A stretch of DNA of 64,000 nt, from NCBI RefSeq assembly GCF_009834535.1, contig NC_045697.1:86368001-86432000 (forward strand), written 5' to 3'. A program made the position numbers and the translations under genes. This document shows, piece after piece, positions 12,501 to 25,284 of the stretch. The notes beneath the pieces are model-generated. The model was not told the DNA's origin, ran no database searches, and saw only the letters and a program-made list of their open reading frames with translations. Source of the DNA: Camelus ferus. Taxonomy: Eukaryota. The stretch's first letter is position 1. The number at the start of each line of letters is the position of its first letter.

Positions 12501-15500
12501 ATTTCATTGTTAGTGTAAAGAAATGCAACTGATTTTTGTATGTTAATCTTGTATCCTCTACCTTGCCAAATTCTTTTTTATCAGCTCTAGTAGTTTTTGT
12601 GTGGAGTAAAGCCCAAATTTCTTATGTTTCCTGAACTAAGGCCAATTTGTGAGCCATAATTAAAGCACTTCCTAAAGTAACTGAAGACTCCCTTAGGTTT
12701 GCTGAAAGCCTTTAATATAGTTATTTAAACCTACTAACCTGGTTTCTCAGATTTATATCACTTGGTGCACATGCTTGTTGGTGAAGGTTAAGCCAAACAT
12801 TGGGTGAAACTAGCCCTATGGGAACATCCTGGAGGGGATTAGAAAAGCAAACCCCTACTGAAAACCTCATCAGCCAAGTATAGTAGCCTTTCCTAAGCCT
12901 GTTATGGGAACAAAATTCAGGCTTGCACACAAAATTCTGATGAAACTGTCCATGACTATTGTAATCAACTTCAGATTATCTTTAAAGAAAATTCTGGTCT
13001 TCCTTCAGTGGTTGGTTCCACTAGGGTAGCTTTTAACTCCATATTTATTAACAGGGTGAAGAGGGATGTTTCTCTTTTAGTTAAAAGGACCAGGATGAAA
13101 TAGGAAACTATTTAGTTAATTTGGCAAATCAGGTCACTCACACCTTAGCTGAGTCACCAAAAAGAAAGACTACTAAAATTCTTAATTTTCAGCTTGGTCA
13201 TTAGAGGTCCCTAAATAAAACCCCAAACCTTCTAGTTTCTGCCTGTTGCAAAGAGCCAGGACATTGGAAAAAAGATTGTTACAAATTTAAGTGTTTCATG
13301 CCCTCTAACTAGCCTTTGCAATGTTCTCTTAATTCCCAATGAGAGTGCCCTAAGGAACTACAGGGGCTCTACCCAATCCTCCCTGTTAATCAGCTCAGAG
13401 AAATAACTCTCCATATTAGGAATGAGTTTCTCTCTGTCCTAATTGACACCAGAGCCACACTCTTGGTGCTCAACCCCACTGCTATAAAACATCCCCTGCC
13501 TTGGAGTATTAAAGGAGTTCAAATAGCGGGGGGTGGGGGGGGTGGGGGGGGTGTCTCTAATAAAACTCAGCTGGTTCTTATCTCTGACTCTATTCCCTTT
13601 TGTTTAGTCCCTTTGACAATAGGCATCAAAATAGCCAACCAGGTGGATTAAACAACACTCACATCTTTTAATTGCTCTGTCTTTGATGGTGCTGGAGCTG
13701 ATTCCGGAAACACGGATCATTTGTCCCTGTTGAATCAGCTATCACTCTCCTTATGGGCAACATCTCAAACTGATGTTGGCAAAAGTCACAGTGCACCTCC
13801 CATCAAGATTCAAGTCGATCCCTCAAAATCTCTTCCCAGAATTAATCAATATCCTGTAAATAAAGATGCCCTTTGAGATATAAGGCCCATAATAGAAAGT
13901 GTCAAGGCTCAGGGACTCATCGTGCACTAGTTCCTGTAATACTCCTATTTTACCTGTGGGAAAACCCAAGGGTGGAGGATGGAACTTTGTCCAGGACCTC
14001 CAAGGAATAAACAAAACTGTTATCCCTCAATGCCCAGTTGTTGCTAACCTCCACATGCCGCTAACATCCATTCCCCACTGGAAGCAAATTTTTCACTGTA
14101 ATTGATCTGTGCAGTACATTTTCAGTATTCCAGTTGATAAGGCTGACCAGTGTCTTTTGCCTTCACCTGGGAAGGGTGACAGTATATGTGGACAGTAATG
14201 CCCCAGGGCTTCACAGAAAGCCCATCACAAATCTTGAGAGCTGATTTGGATGTAAAAAGTTTTCTGTAGGTTCAACTTTGTTACGATATGTAGATGATTT
14301 GCTTCTATGGCCTTCTTCTCAAACCTCCTCACAGGAAGACATTCATCCACCTGCTAAAACTGTGGCCCTACAGGGACATTAAAGTCTCCAAAGAAAAACG
14401 GCAGTTTGCTCAAACTCAGGTGCACTAGTTCTGATCTCAGAACAAGGATTATATTTGGATCCAGGTAGGCTTCATGGCATCCTGAACTTCCCCAAACCAA
14501 AACTAAGTGCTGATTATGAGATTTTTCTTGGGCTAACTGGCTACTGTTGAAACTGGATTTCACACTTCTCTCTTATGGCTCAGCCTCTATATGCTTTATT
14601 AAAAACCAGCAAACCTGACCCCATTAATTTGGGAGATCAAGATGACATAGCTTTTGAAGCCTTAAAGAAAAGCTTCATGAAACCACTTTTCCTTGGACAT
14701 CCTAATTAGCAGCTTCCCTTTATCCTTTTTGTATACGAGACGGCAAAGAAAGCCCTTGAGGCCCATGGGGACCATCATTGACCCATCGGGCTGACAGCTG
14801 AACCCTGTGGCCCGGGGACATTCGTCTTTCCTCAGAGCCATTCCTGCCATTGCCCTTCTGGTAAAGGCCACTGAAGAGATAATCATGGGATCCCCTTTAA
14901 CCATCTTTATACCCCATGCAGTAGAAGCCCTTCTAAATTTTTGTCACACTTAATACTTTCAGTCCATCACCTCACCTCTTATGAAATCCTTTTGCTAACT
15001 TCTCCTCATACAACTCTTTCACATTGCGATAACTGCCACTCTTCTCCTTCAAGGATGAAACCCCTCATGACTACCTAACACTGACGGATCACCTTTTCAC
15101 TCCCTATAGTAATTTATTTACAGGAGATTCCTCTAACCAGTGCAGATTTTTCATCATGATTTTTCATGGTGATTCTTACCTAAAGGGAGAAAATGGTAAA
15201 TATTGTGCTCGCATGCTATTGCAGGTCCTTTTGGTATCACTGAGGCAGCACGGTTACCTATATGGTTGAATTATATGCTTTTACTCAGGCCTGTATGTTA
15301 GCCAAGGTCAAGATGACAATCATTTATCTTGATAGTCAGCATGCCTTTGGAGTAGCCTATGACTTTGGGATGCTATGGAAACAATGAGATTTCCTTACCT
15401 CTAAGGGGGAAAAGATTAAAAATGGCTCTTATAACCAAAATCTGTTAGATGCCATAAACTTACCAGATGCCTTGGCTATTATTAGGATCTCTGGACATTC

Positions 15501-16553
15501 CAAGCTTGAATCCCTAGAGGCTAAAGGAAACCACCTCACTGATATTTCCACCAAAAACACTGCTGTCAAAGAAACCAATGGCCAAACTGCTTTCATGGTC
15601 CAAAGGGATGCTCCCTAAAATAACAATCTAGAAAAATTGATAGAAATGCCTCATAATTGGCCCCCTAAAAGGAAAAGTATATTGGAGATCTAGTAACTGT
15701 TGGTCTGATAAAAAGAGAACTCTGGTTCAGGCCAAATAACAAATTGGTCCTACTAGGAATTCTAAGATTTCCACTTCTTACCACTGTACATGCATTGAAC
15801 CATTGGTCCACTGACAGAATGATAGCATTCATAAACCAATAGCAGTGGGAAGATATTAATAAGGCTGCAAAAGTGCCTGCTTTTCTTGTCCCACGTGGCC
15901 AGAATATAACCCAGAGACACCTGTTCATACTTCTCCCTGACATTGTAAACTGCCTAATGTACCATTTGAAGTTTGGCAAATGAATTTCATACAGCTGCCC
16001 CATCTCATGGACATAAATATGTTTCAGTCATGGTGTGTATGTTTTCTCACTGGGCAGAGGCTTTCCCCTGTAGGCAGGTCACAGCTTCTTCAGTGGTGAA
16101 AACTTTGTTAGAAAAGGTTATCCCTACCTGGGGAACACCTTCCAAACTTCATAGTGATTGAGGAACCCATTTTGCTGGTCAGCTACTTTGACAAGTCTGT
16201 GCTGTTTGGCCAGTTTTGCAACATTTTCACTGTGCTTACCATCTCCAATCCGTAGGGTTAGTCTAATATACTAACTGTATTAATAAGACCCAATTGGCAA
16301 AACTCATAGAGATCCACCAAATACTCTCCTTCGAAATCTCAGATTTATGCCTTTCAGAACTTGTAAATTCTAACCCTTTGAGATAGTCACTGGACACCCA
16401 GTGCACCTGACCTTTGTCTCTTTTAATCTGCAGCTGATTAAAGGAGATATATGTCAACATTGTAAAGGCCTAATTGCTTCTTTTGAAAATAACCATTCTC
16501 TGGTAGAGCAACCTTTTTACAATGTGCTCTTTGGAGAGGAAGACCTTAAGCAT
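9595..16553 (+). mobile_element. Decayed class I (gammaretrovirus-like, ERV1) internal region: gag-pro-pol, lacking env and 3' LTR
   Basis: Gag start MGS*LSK at 10040 and MA-like QWPSWG; zinc knuckle CKEPGHWKKDC near 13247-13279; TGA at 13340 in frame with protease VLIDTRAT (GAC 13445); RT motifs CNTPILPV, FVQDL and YVDD (14287-14298); RNase H IYLDSQHAFG; integrase WAEAFPC...WGTPSKLHSD. Many stops and frameshifts. Confidence 0.93.
10578..12606 (-). mobile_element. 5'-truncated young LINE-1 (ORF2 C-terminus + 3' UTR) nested in ERV gag
   Basis: Minus-strand ORF2 fragments ([11 protein letters not shown]...[21 protein letters not shown]); poly-T at the left end; 14-bp TSD TAAAGCCCAAATTT at 10564-10577 and 12607-12620. 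Confidence 0.95.
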
Positions 16554-17037
16554 CAAGTCTACCTTGATTATTTCTGCATATCTAGGGCCTAGTCCAGTGT
16601 CTGGCATACCAGATATGAAATATTTCTTCACTGAAGTGAAGAAAAATAGAGACATGAAAAACCAAAATAAAGAAGACTTTGAAATAATTCTTCACGTTGT
16701 GACCTGAGGAACTGAGAGATGGTGATGGGTGGTTAATAGACTGTGGATAGGCTGTAGCTACAAAGGCAATAGGAAGAATTGATTAGAGAGATCAGCTAAG
16801 AGAGGAGGGAAAAACCTCCCACCCTTCAGCCTTCTCCAGAACACACACAAAATCAAGAGATAACTTACAAAAATTTTTAAAACTTTATACTTAAAAAAAA
16901 AAGAATGCTAAGAGAAGTGAACAAGAAAACAAAATACAAAATAAGGATAGCAAAAATTCTAGAATAAGGTATGTGGAGTGCGTAATTCAAAAGAGTGAAA
17001 ATGAGACTAGTTCTAGGAAAAGATCAAATTTGTCAAG

Positions 17038-17266
17038 TGTTACGGGCTGAACTGTGTTCCCTCAAAATTCACGTGTTGACATCTTCACCCGCAGTACTCA
17101 GAATGTGACTGTATTTGAGACAGGGCTTTAAAGAGGCAATTAAGTTAAAATGAGGTCACTATTAGTGGTCTCACTAATAGTGAGATTAGCACAAAGAGAG
17201 ACATCAAGGTCCTGCTTATGCAGAGAAAGGACCACATGAGGACACAGTGAGAAGGTGGCCATCTCA
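17038..17266 (+). mobile_element. MaLR MLT1A/B-like LTR, 5' part
   Basis: tgttacgggctgaactgtgttccctcaaaattcacgtgttga...gaatgtgactgtatttg...ttaagttaaaatgaggtca...gaggacacagtgagaaggtggccatct. Confidence 0.75.
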
Positions 17267-19424
17267 TGTATGCATATGTATACATGTTATTTTACAGAAT
17301 GTACCATTGACTGGAAATTTTACCTTTTGCCCTATTTAGTCTTTCGACCAATATGTTTTGAAAATCAATTTATTGGTTTTGTTTTATTTACTTATTGATT
17401 ACTTTTCACATGTACACATATTTTTTGCTCTTCACCTTCTTTATAATATACATTGTAGATTAGCTCATACCAGTGCATCTAGAGCTATCACATTTTTAAA
17501 ATTACTTTACAGATGTTTTTTGGCTAGTCTTCTAGAACTGCATATTTTTAGGAAGTTAATCTTTTACTTTTATAAACAACATAGTGATGGAAAGCTTGTA
17601 CATTTTGGTCATGTGTGAAGCTGTCTGTATGATTCATTTCTAGAAGCGGAATTGCTGGGTCAAAAATTGCAACACTTAAAGTTTTAAAAAGATATTGCTG
17701 TGTTGTTCTCCACTGAGGCTAAATTAATTCATATGCCCACCGTCAAGGTAAGGGAGTGTCTGTTTCTTCAAATCCTTTCTAATACTGAATTATCAATTTT
17801 TGAGCTTTTTCTATTGACAAATAAATGAAATGGTACCTCAACTGTAGCTTTAACTAGCCTATTTCATTTTATGATAATGAGGACTGTCTTTTCTAGTGTT
17901 TTAGGTCAAATTTTATTTCTTTTTATGCAAACTCTATGTTTATGTCTTTTGCTCATCAGGCTATTGGTTTGCTTATTGTTTGTAGGACATTATATGCTAT
18001 TTTAAAGTTCAAATCATTATTAGAAAACTGGCTTTTTTTATTATATCAAAAGATGTACAAACTTCCTCTTTCAAAATACATGTTCAGTTCCTCTCACTTT
18101 TTTATCAGCTTTATAGTGGGTAAAGGTGGTTTTCTTAAAATATATTTGACTTAAATATCATTACTTGATTTGTTCTAGCAATGGTGACTCCTGGGACACT
18201 GTGGCATGACAGAAGCTTGAATTGTGGACTGCATTGGCTGGGGGTAAGTGAAATGAAAGAAATTGGCAGGTTTATTGGGAAATAATATTGGAAACCATTA
18301 AAATTTTTTCTCTTTTTTTTTGTTTTTATAGACTTATTGATGTTACTAATTTTGTGCGTGCATGTGTGAGAGAGAGAAGGAACTTCATCTGGTATCCTGG
18401 TGTTATGAAAAGTATATAACAACTTGAGGAACACTCAGGTATGTACATAAAGAAATTGTGATTTTAAGAAATTATTAAATGAGAGTGAAATAAAAATCTG
18501 AACTAAGCATTCAAAACAACTTTAACATATTGAACTTGGCGGTATTAAATTTCTTTATGCATTAAAATACAGATAATATACTGCTTTGACATCATTGTTT
18601 TTAAATTATCTGTAAAGTAGTTGTGGTTTTACATTATTTGTTGTAGTACTACAATTGGAGAATTTTTTTTTTTTTAACATGGATCTAGTGTGGAGTAGTG
18701 AAAAATAATGGGTATTGGAGTGAGACTCTCTTGAATTCAGGTTCTGGTTTCACTTTCTAGCTTTAGTGACCTTGGGCAAGTTACTTAACTTTTCTAAAAT
18801 TTCTCATCCACAAGTAGTATCTACACAGTGGGTTTGTATGAATTAAATGAAATAATATATATCAGGTATTAGCCAGTTGCCTGGCACTTACTATATATTT
18901 AACTTAAAAAATTTTCTTAGTATATACTTAATTTAGTTTTTGAAGCACATTTTATTTTACCCTAGAGTAAAGTATTTTCATGATAAAAGTATCAATGATT
19001 AGCAATCAACTAAATTTGGTTAATTTGGTGGCTATCTCTGTTGATTATTTTCAAAGAATTCCCTTTTATCTTTAAATAATCCTTTTACTATGCCTGGAAT
19101 TACACCATTAGAGATTTATTCCATTCAAGCTCTTTAAACTTGAAGATATTTCTTGTTTTTAAAGTTTTTATAGAAAAATGAAATAACCCCCAAAAGGAGA
19201 TGAGGAGGATAATTTCAGGCAGACCATGAAAGCCTGATTTAATCTGACTCAGAGGCTGGCCTTTGTATGGGAGCCTAGAGTAGCAAATGAGAGTAACCAA
19301 GGGGACAAAGTTGAAAGAGATATAGTTCACCTTGGCCCTGGCTTAAGGAAACAGCCCTCTGCAATGGGCCAAAAGAAATGAAGACAAAGAAAATTTCATA
19401 CCTTTTTCTTCTTTAAACCATTAG

Positions 19425-20225
19425 ACCACAAAGAAAATCTATACACAATTATTCACAGTAGCTTCATTTGTAATAGCCCCAAATGGGAAACAACCAAAAT
19501 GTGCCTCAGTAGGTAAATGGTTAATCTGACTGGAACATCATACCTGGAATACTACTCAGCAATAAAAAGAACAAACTACCGATCTATGCAACAACTTGGA
19601 TAAGTCTCAAAGGCATTGTGCTGAGTGAAAAAAAAAAATCAGTGTTTAAAGGTTATGTAGTGAATGGTTTCATTTATATGATATTCTTTAAAAATTTTTT
19701 ATACAATTTTTAAAGGTTACTTCCATTTACAGTTATTACAAAATATTGGCTATTTTCTCTGTGTTGTAAAGTGTCTCTTTAAGCTTATCTTACACCCAAT
19801 AGTTTGTACCTCTCATCCTCCTACCCTTATGTTGTGGTAAATATAAATTCTCATTTATATAATATTCTTGAAATGGTGAAATTATAGAGATGGGAGACAG
19901 ATTAGCGCCTGCCAGAGCTAGGCGTAGTACAGGAAGGGGAGTAAGTGTGACTCAGGTAGGGGAAGGGGTAGCTTGAGGAGATACCTTTGTTGTGATAGAA
20001 TAGCTCTTATTTTGTTTGCAGTGATGGTTACATGACTTTACATGTGATAAAATGACATGATCTATATATACACATGCCAATGTCAACTTTCTGGTTTTCA
20101 TGTTGTACTATAATCATATAAGATTTAACCACTGGAGGAAACAAGGGAAAGGGTACACAAAACCACTCTATACTACCTTTGCAATTTCCTGTAATTATTT
20201 CAAAGTAAAAATTTTTTAAAAAGAA
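19425..20225 (+). mobile_element. Old L1M 3' end containing a nested antisense L1 3' fragment (19689-19850)
   Basis: Host has tttgtaatagccccaaa..ggaaacaacc..aatgt and gaatactactcagcaataaaaag; insert flanked by a 19-bp TSD TCATTTATATRATATTCTT (19670-19688, 19851-19869). Confidence 0.8.
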
Positions 20226-21221
20226 GCAAAAAGAAATCATTAGAGGGCTTCCACCATTAGTACAATTCTTATTGAAGTCTGTGGATGGAGACAGTTGCTG
20301 TTGTACCATTATTTTGGTGGCATGTTGGTGAAAAGTGAAAGTAGTTGGTAGACAAGTGAAGGGAGTAAGCCTCGTCATGAAAATTAGTGAGTCAAATGAA
20401 ATGTCAGAGAGACTACTAATCATGACAACATTAAACACTTTTAGAATAGAAAGGCTTATAAAAGAAACACTTCATTTTTTATGATGCTGTCTAATGCATA
20501 TCTGTAGTAACAGGGTGGGTCCTGGTCCTGGGGATGAAAGGAGGTACAATCAGAAACTTTGAGATTCCAACCATGCACTCAGTGAATTTCACCTCCCTCT
20601 CCCCTCATTCCTCTTAACTCTTTTCCTTAGCTCCAGGGAAATTTAGTTTCAGTTTAGTTTTTGATTTGAGGAACTTGAATGACATCTTGGTAATTTCTAG
20701 TCTGGAAAACTTGTGCTCAGACAATTTCCCTCTGGGAAAAGTTTCCTGTTTGACTGTAGCAAACGAATCTTTGTGGGGATCCTGGAGCCTTAGTAGGGAG
20801 TAAGGATTAAGAATGATTGAGATTCTTCCAAACTTTGCAAAAGACTACTGAAATTAGTTTCTCTGTGATGCAGAAATACACTCTAAAGAGTTAATTCAAG
20901 TAAGGGAGGTAGGTGTGTCCTGGTGGCAGGTGGAAGTAACTAAGATAGGTGTATGCTTTTCTTTTTTGGCTTTCATCCAGTCCTTTCATCAACCACTCCT
21001 GCTTGGGCCTCCATTTCCTTATATGCAATAAAAGTTAGTACAATTGTTCATGTATTTAACTTTTTCTGGCTTTATTTTATATTTGGCTTCACAGGTGTTC
21101 CTTTTGAGGAAAAAGTGGAATTCCCACACAAAAATGTTAGATGTGGTATTTCAGCCCAAGAAGGAAGTCAGAACTAGATTTTTAGGCACTTAGAATTTAA
21201 GAGGCAGTCTACTGTAATTTA

Positions 21222-21500
21222 TACAGATAAATTAGAGTTTGGGATTCACACACACACACTACAATATATAAAATTGATTAAAAAACAAACAAACAAGGAC
21301 CTGCTGTATAACACAGAGAACTATATTCAATATCTCGTAATAACCTAAAAAGGAAAAGTAATCTGAAAAAGAATGTATGTATCTGTATAACTGAATCACT
21401 TAGCTGTACACCTGAAATTGACACAACATTGTAAATCAACTATACTTCAATTAAAAAATGTAAAAGAAAACAAATAATAACAAAAAACAAGACAAAACCA
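21222..21500 (+). mobile_element. Artiodactyl-type L1 3' end (L1_Art-like)
   Basis: aacaaggacctgctgtataacacagagaactatattcaatatc...ctgaatcacttagctgtacacctgaaa...aacattgtaaatcaactatacttcaat plus an A-rich tail. Confidence 0.85.
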
Positions 21501-21507
21501 AACCAGT

Positions 21508-21735
21508 AATGCTTAAGCGTATGAACTTTGGAGTCACACACTGCTTGGGTTCAAACCCTAGCTCTACAGTTTGGCAAGTTATTTAACCACTCTGTACCTT
21601 AGTTTTTCAGTTGTGAAATGGAAATAAACGGGAGTATTTACCTCACAGGGTTTTGGGAGGATTAAATGCGTCAATAAATATAAAGTGCTTAGAACAGTGC
21701 CCGGCTCATGCTTGACACTGTGTTAGCTACTGCTA
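21508..21735 (+). mobile_element. MIR SINE
   Basis: ctttggagtca..ctgcttgggttcaaaccctagctct..ttggcaagttatttaacc..tgaaatggaaataa..acctcacagggtt..aggattaaatg..taaagtgcttagaacagtgcc. Confidence 0.85.
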
Positions 21736-22249
21736 GTATATTACCGTTTGCATTTCTAGTTGTCTTACGTGCATATTCCACAACTGCCCCAAGCAATCCG
21801 AAACCTTTCAGAGCTAAGACTGTTTTCCACTTTTCCTATTACAACTTGTACATAAGAAGTGTGCAAAATATTTGCAGTAAGTCTGTAACTCTAGGAAGTT
21901 GTTTGCTTTGGTTCACTCGCTAATAATATGAAGAGCCTTTCTCTTTAAAAGTGGTGAGCATCAAACCACTTTTCATCAATATAACAACAACAGACTTAGT
22001 TGAGCGATTCACTGTAGCAGCATTTCACACAATCAGGCTCCTTTTATTGAGAGAGTCATAAAAGTATTGCTCTCTATTCTGAGTGGATTCACTTCAAACC
22101 ATAGCACTGGTCTGATTCTCCTTTTTGTTGGTGATCTGTCTATACCCGTGCTCGTCTGTCTCCTGGCCTCAAGAAGGCCATTCACTAACATTACTTGCGT
22201 GGGTAACAAAAAGGTTTTTCAAATAACGCCCCTAACCCATACCTCGAGG

Positions 22250-22760
22250 TCCAGATTCTGCTCCCAGCCCGGGAGGGGGGGAAGGGGCGGGGCGACCCAA
22301 CTCCTGGGCGGGGCTCGAGTGGCGTGCCTCGAGGCGCCGGCCCCGTGACGTATGACGTTACCAGTTGACGCAGCCGCAGTGCCACCCGGCTCCAACTCGG
22401 ACCCCTCCCATCCTCCTCCGCCCCTCTGCGTGTCAGTGCCTGGGGTCCCCTGGCCAGACTTCGGGCGGCGGGCCGGGGTGGCGGGGCAAGAGGGTGTGGA
22501 TGCGGGCAGCGCTAGGCAGGCCGTGTCCGGCTCGGCGCTGCAGCTGCCTTCGCCGCCGCCGCCGCCGCTCAAGGCCCTCGGCGTCCCCGGAGAGAAATCG
22601 GAGCGGTTCTGGGCCGCCCCGGCGCTCGCCCAGGTGAGGGGACGAGTCGGGCTGATCAAGGATTGGGTGGGCAGCACTTTCCCCAGCGTCTCTGGACCTC
22701 GGCCTGGTCGGAGAGGTTTGGCTTCGTGGCGGCAGCCTGCTGCGGCGTCGACACATCTCT
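22250..22760 (+). promoter_or_regulatory. BLTP1: CpG-island promoter of BLTP1
   Basis: Only CpG/GC-rich stretch in the window. Two GC boxes (GGGGCGGGGC 22284-22293, TGGGCGGGGC 22305-22314) and three TGACG CRE half-sites (22346, 22353, 22366). Lies upstream of the BLTP1 coding exons. Confidence 0.9.
22400..22633 (+). other. BLTP1: Probable BLTP1 exon 1 (5' leader); start approximate
   Basis: Strong donor CAG|GTGAGG at 22633/22634 inside the CpG island; (CGC)6 tract at 22551-22568. The TSS cannot be fixed from sequence. Confidence 0.7.
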
Positions 22761-25284
22761 AATTCTTTTGCCATCCTTACCTGCATCAGGGCGACTTGTA
22801 CACCGGGTGTCAGAGGTCAGTGAGAAGGCCTGGAAAGGCCGTGGCAGCCAGATGATTGGGGTCTCTAATGCAGGAGGAGCTGGTCCTGTGAATGATGATC
22901 AGGTGGGTGGGCGAGGCCCACCTGCCGTTGTGTGGGAAGGACTGCACCTGCAAGCGCAGGCTTCAGCCTTGTTAGCAGCACGGGGCTGCAGGAGATCCCA
23001 TACTGCTTAACGCAGGATCGATTTTGGACCAAGGGCAGTGGAGCCTTAAAAACCTTCCCTTTGCTCCCCAGGCGTGGTGTGTTTTGCATTCTGAATTGGT
23101 GCTTGCTGAGTCTGTGCTATGGAAGAGTACATTTCAGCGGAAACATCTTTTGACTAAAGGAAGGTGAAGGGAAGTTGATTTTCCTTCAGCAGAATTGTCC
23201 CCCTCCTGCCCCTCTTGCCTTTAGTTTTGACAGTAGCAACTTAGGGACGCTTGTTAAAGGGAAAGAGTTCTTGTAAATTTCCTCTGTAAGGAAATCGTTG
23301 TTTTCCATGACTGTCCAAGAGTCTAAGTTTCAACTGGTTTCATGTTGCTGCTTTCAACTCTGTGTATAGCAATGAGCCTGATTTATTTTAAGTTAACTGG
23401 ATACATGAAGTATAAAAATAGACGAATTAACCCGAATATTTATCTTATAGAACTAATGTGTGGTACATGCTTTATGTGTGTATATTATGTCATTTAATCA
23501 TCGTAACAATCCTATCACGTAAGGCCTATTATTACTTTTATTTTATAGATGAGAGAACTAAATCCCACAGCCCTAAAAAACAAAACAAAACAAAAACTTG
23601 TCTAAAGTCGGAGCTGTGATTTAGATCAGATAACTGGACTCCAGTTTACAGTCCCCTAATCAGTGTGCTTTGCCACTCCCAAGAATCTTGAGAAATTATA
23701 AGGTGGTTTTCATTGATTAAAACTGTGCTGGGTGCTGGAAACAGGAAGGAAACAGAAGCACCATTCTTGCCAGCAAGGACCCAATAGTTTGAGAGGACAA
23801 CTTTTTTAAGGTGACGCTTGGAGTATGTTTTAAAGGTAGGGTTTGACCTGTGGAATCCTCTGACTACAAAATCATGCTCTTTGCATAAGTACAGTCAGTG
23901 GTTTTGAAATCTTTAGAAGACTTTGGAAATTGTGGTCATATTCTAGTTTTAGGAGTATTGTTTATTTGGAAACTTTAAAGAAGGAAATGTAATACTGGAG
24001 TAATGTTAAAGATTTTCCTTGTGTGTGTGCGTGTGCAAGTGCGTGTGTAATCAAATCATTTGATTTGAAATGGTGAAACTGCTGATAAAGCCAGAATATC
24101 TTGTATAATTAGTTAAAATGGTGTTCTTTTCAGGTTTGTTAAGATGCAATACTGCAGGCAGGCCTTCTGAAGATCAAGAAAAGGAAAAACAACATTACAG
24201 ACTTTGGAAAAAAAACTTGGGTAAATATTTTGGGTTTTCAATTCAAGCTCAGATAGAGGAAATCTGACTTTCTGCTTCAGTTGTCGTTTAACCGGCTTAA
24301 ATGGTCTAGGAGTGGGGGTGGGGTGGTGTATAACATGACCTGTCATTTTACCTGACTTTTGAATTATGCTATGTGACTGATAGTTGAGTCATGTGCTTAG
24401 CTTGTGTATTGGCAGGAGAAAGCCAAAGGAAGCATTAGCTTGATTCTCTATCAGGTGTCAACTTTCTTTTTCTCTTTTGCTTGCTCATTAATCTGCCCAT
24501 TTTATAAAGGATTTTAAAAAGAAATGAAGAAAATTAGTTGACTTTTGGTTTGTTCTTCATAGAATATTGTGTATGGTTGAACTTAAGTATGCTTTTCACT
24601 ATGAGTCCTATGGAGAATAGTGGAAGACATGGTTAAACATGATTAAGAAAATCTTAGTTCATTTTATAAATATTCATCGAGTACCATGCATCAGCCATTT
24701 TTTCAGGCTTCTAGTAAGAATAGTGATCATCAGAGTCCTGGAGGGTACTAGAGTAGTGAATTTTTTTCTGGGAGGTAATTGTGAACCTGTACTTCTTTAA
24801 AAAAAGTTTTATATACAAGGATGTTTTTGGTTTATATAAAAGACTAAGAAAACAGCACTACTCATATGGTAAATATTTTCATTTGTAATAAACCTTTCAT
24901 GTTATTTTAGTTAATAAAAGAGAATTTGAAGATAGAGGAATGAGGGAGAAGAATTGGTGAAGCATCATCATTGACCAAGTTGGAAGGGATGGAATACAAG
25001 GATGCAGGTCAAGGGTGCTATAGATGGACCTCTGTGGAGATAGGAGAGAGGAGGTGGTGATGGTTATGGATATGGATAAATTTGAAAGAAGTAGAGTAGA
25101 GTTTGTGCCACAAAGTTCTTACAAGACACTCCCACTTATGATAGAAAGAGGATATGTTTCACTCACGTGATTGGAGTTTTCTTGGTGTGGTATTGACTGA
25201 CTCCTCATTTAGCTTAAGATGGCAGGTATGAACCATCAGGATAGAGATACCTGTGGATATCTTAAAAAATTACCTTTCTTCTAC

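Noticed and set aside
13343..16553. ERV pol as an intact or co-opted gene, or a syncytin-like env
   Set aside because: Numerous stops and frameshifts, protease DTG mutated, and no env sequence found.
22067..23153. Stack of overlapping ORFs on both strands
   Set aside because: Expected stop-codon depletion in a CpG island; no recognisable protein. Only the + frame from 22500 is kept, because it splices in frame to BLTP1.
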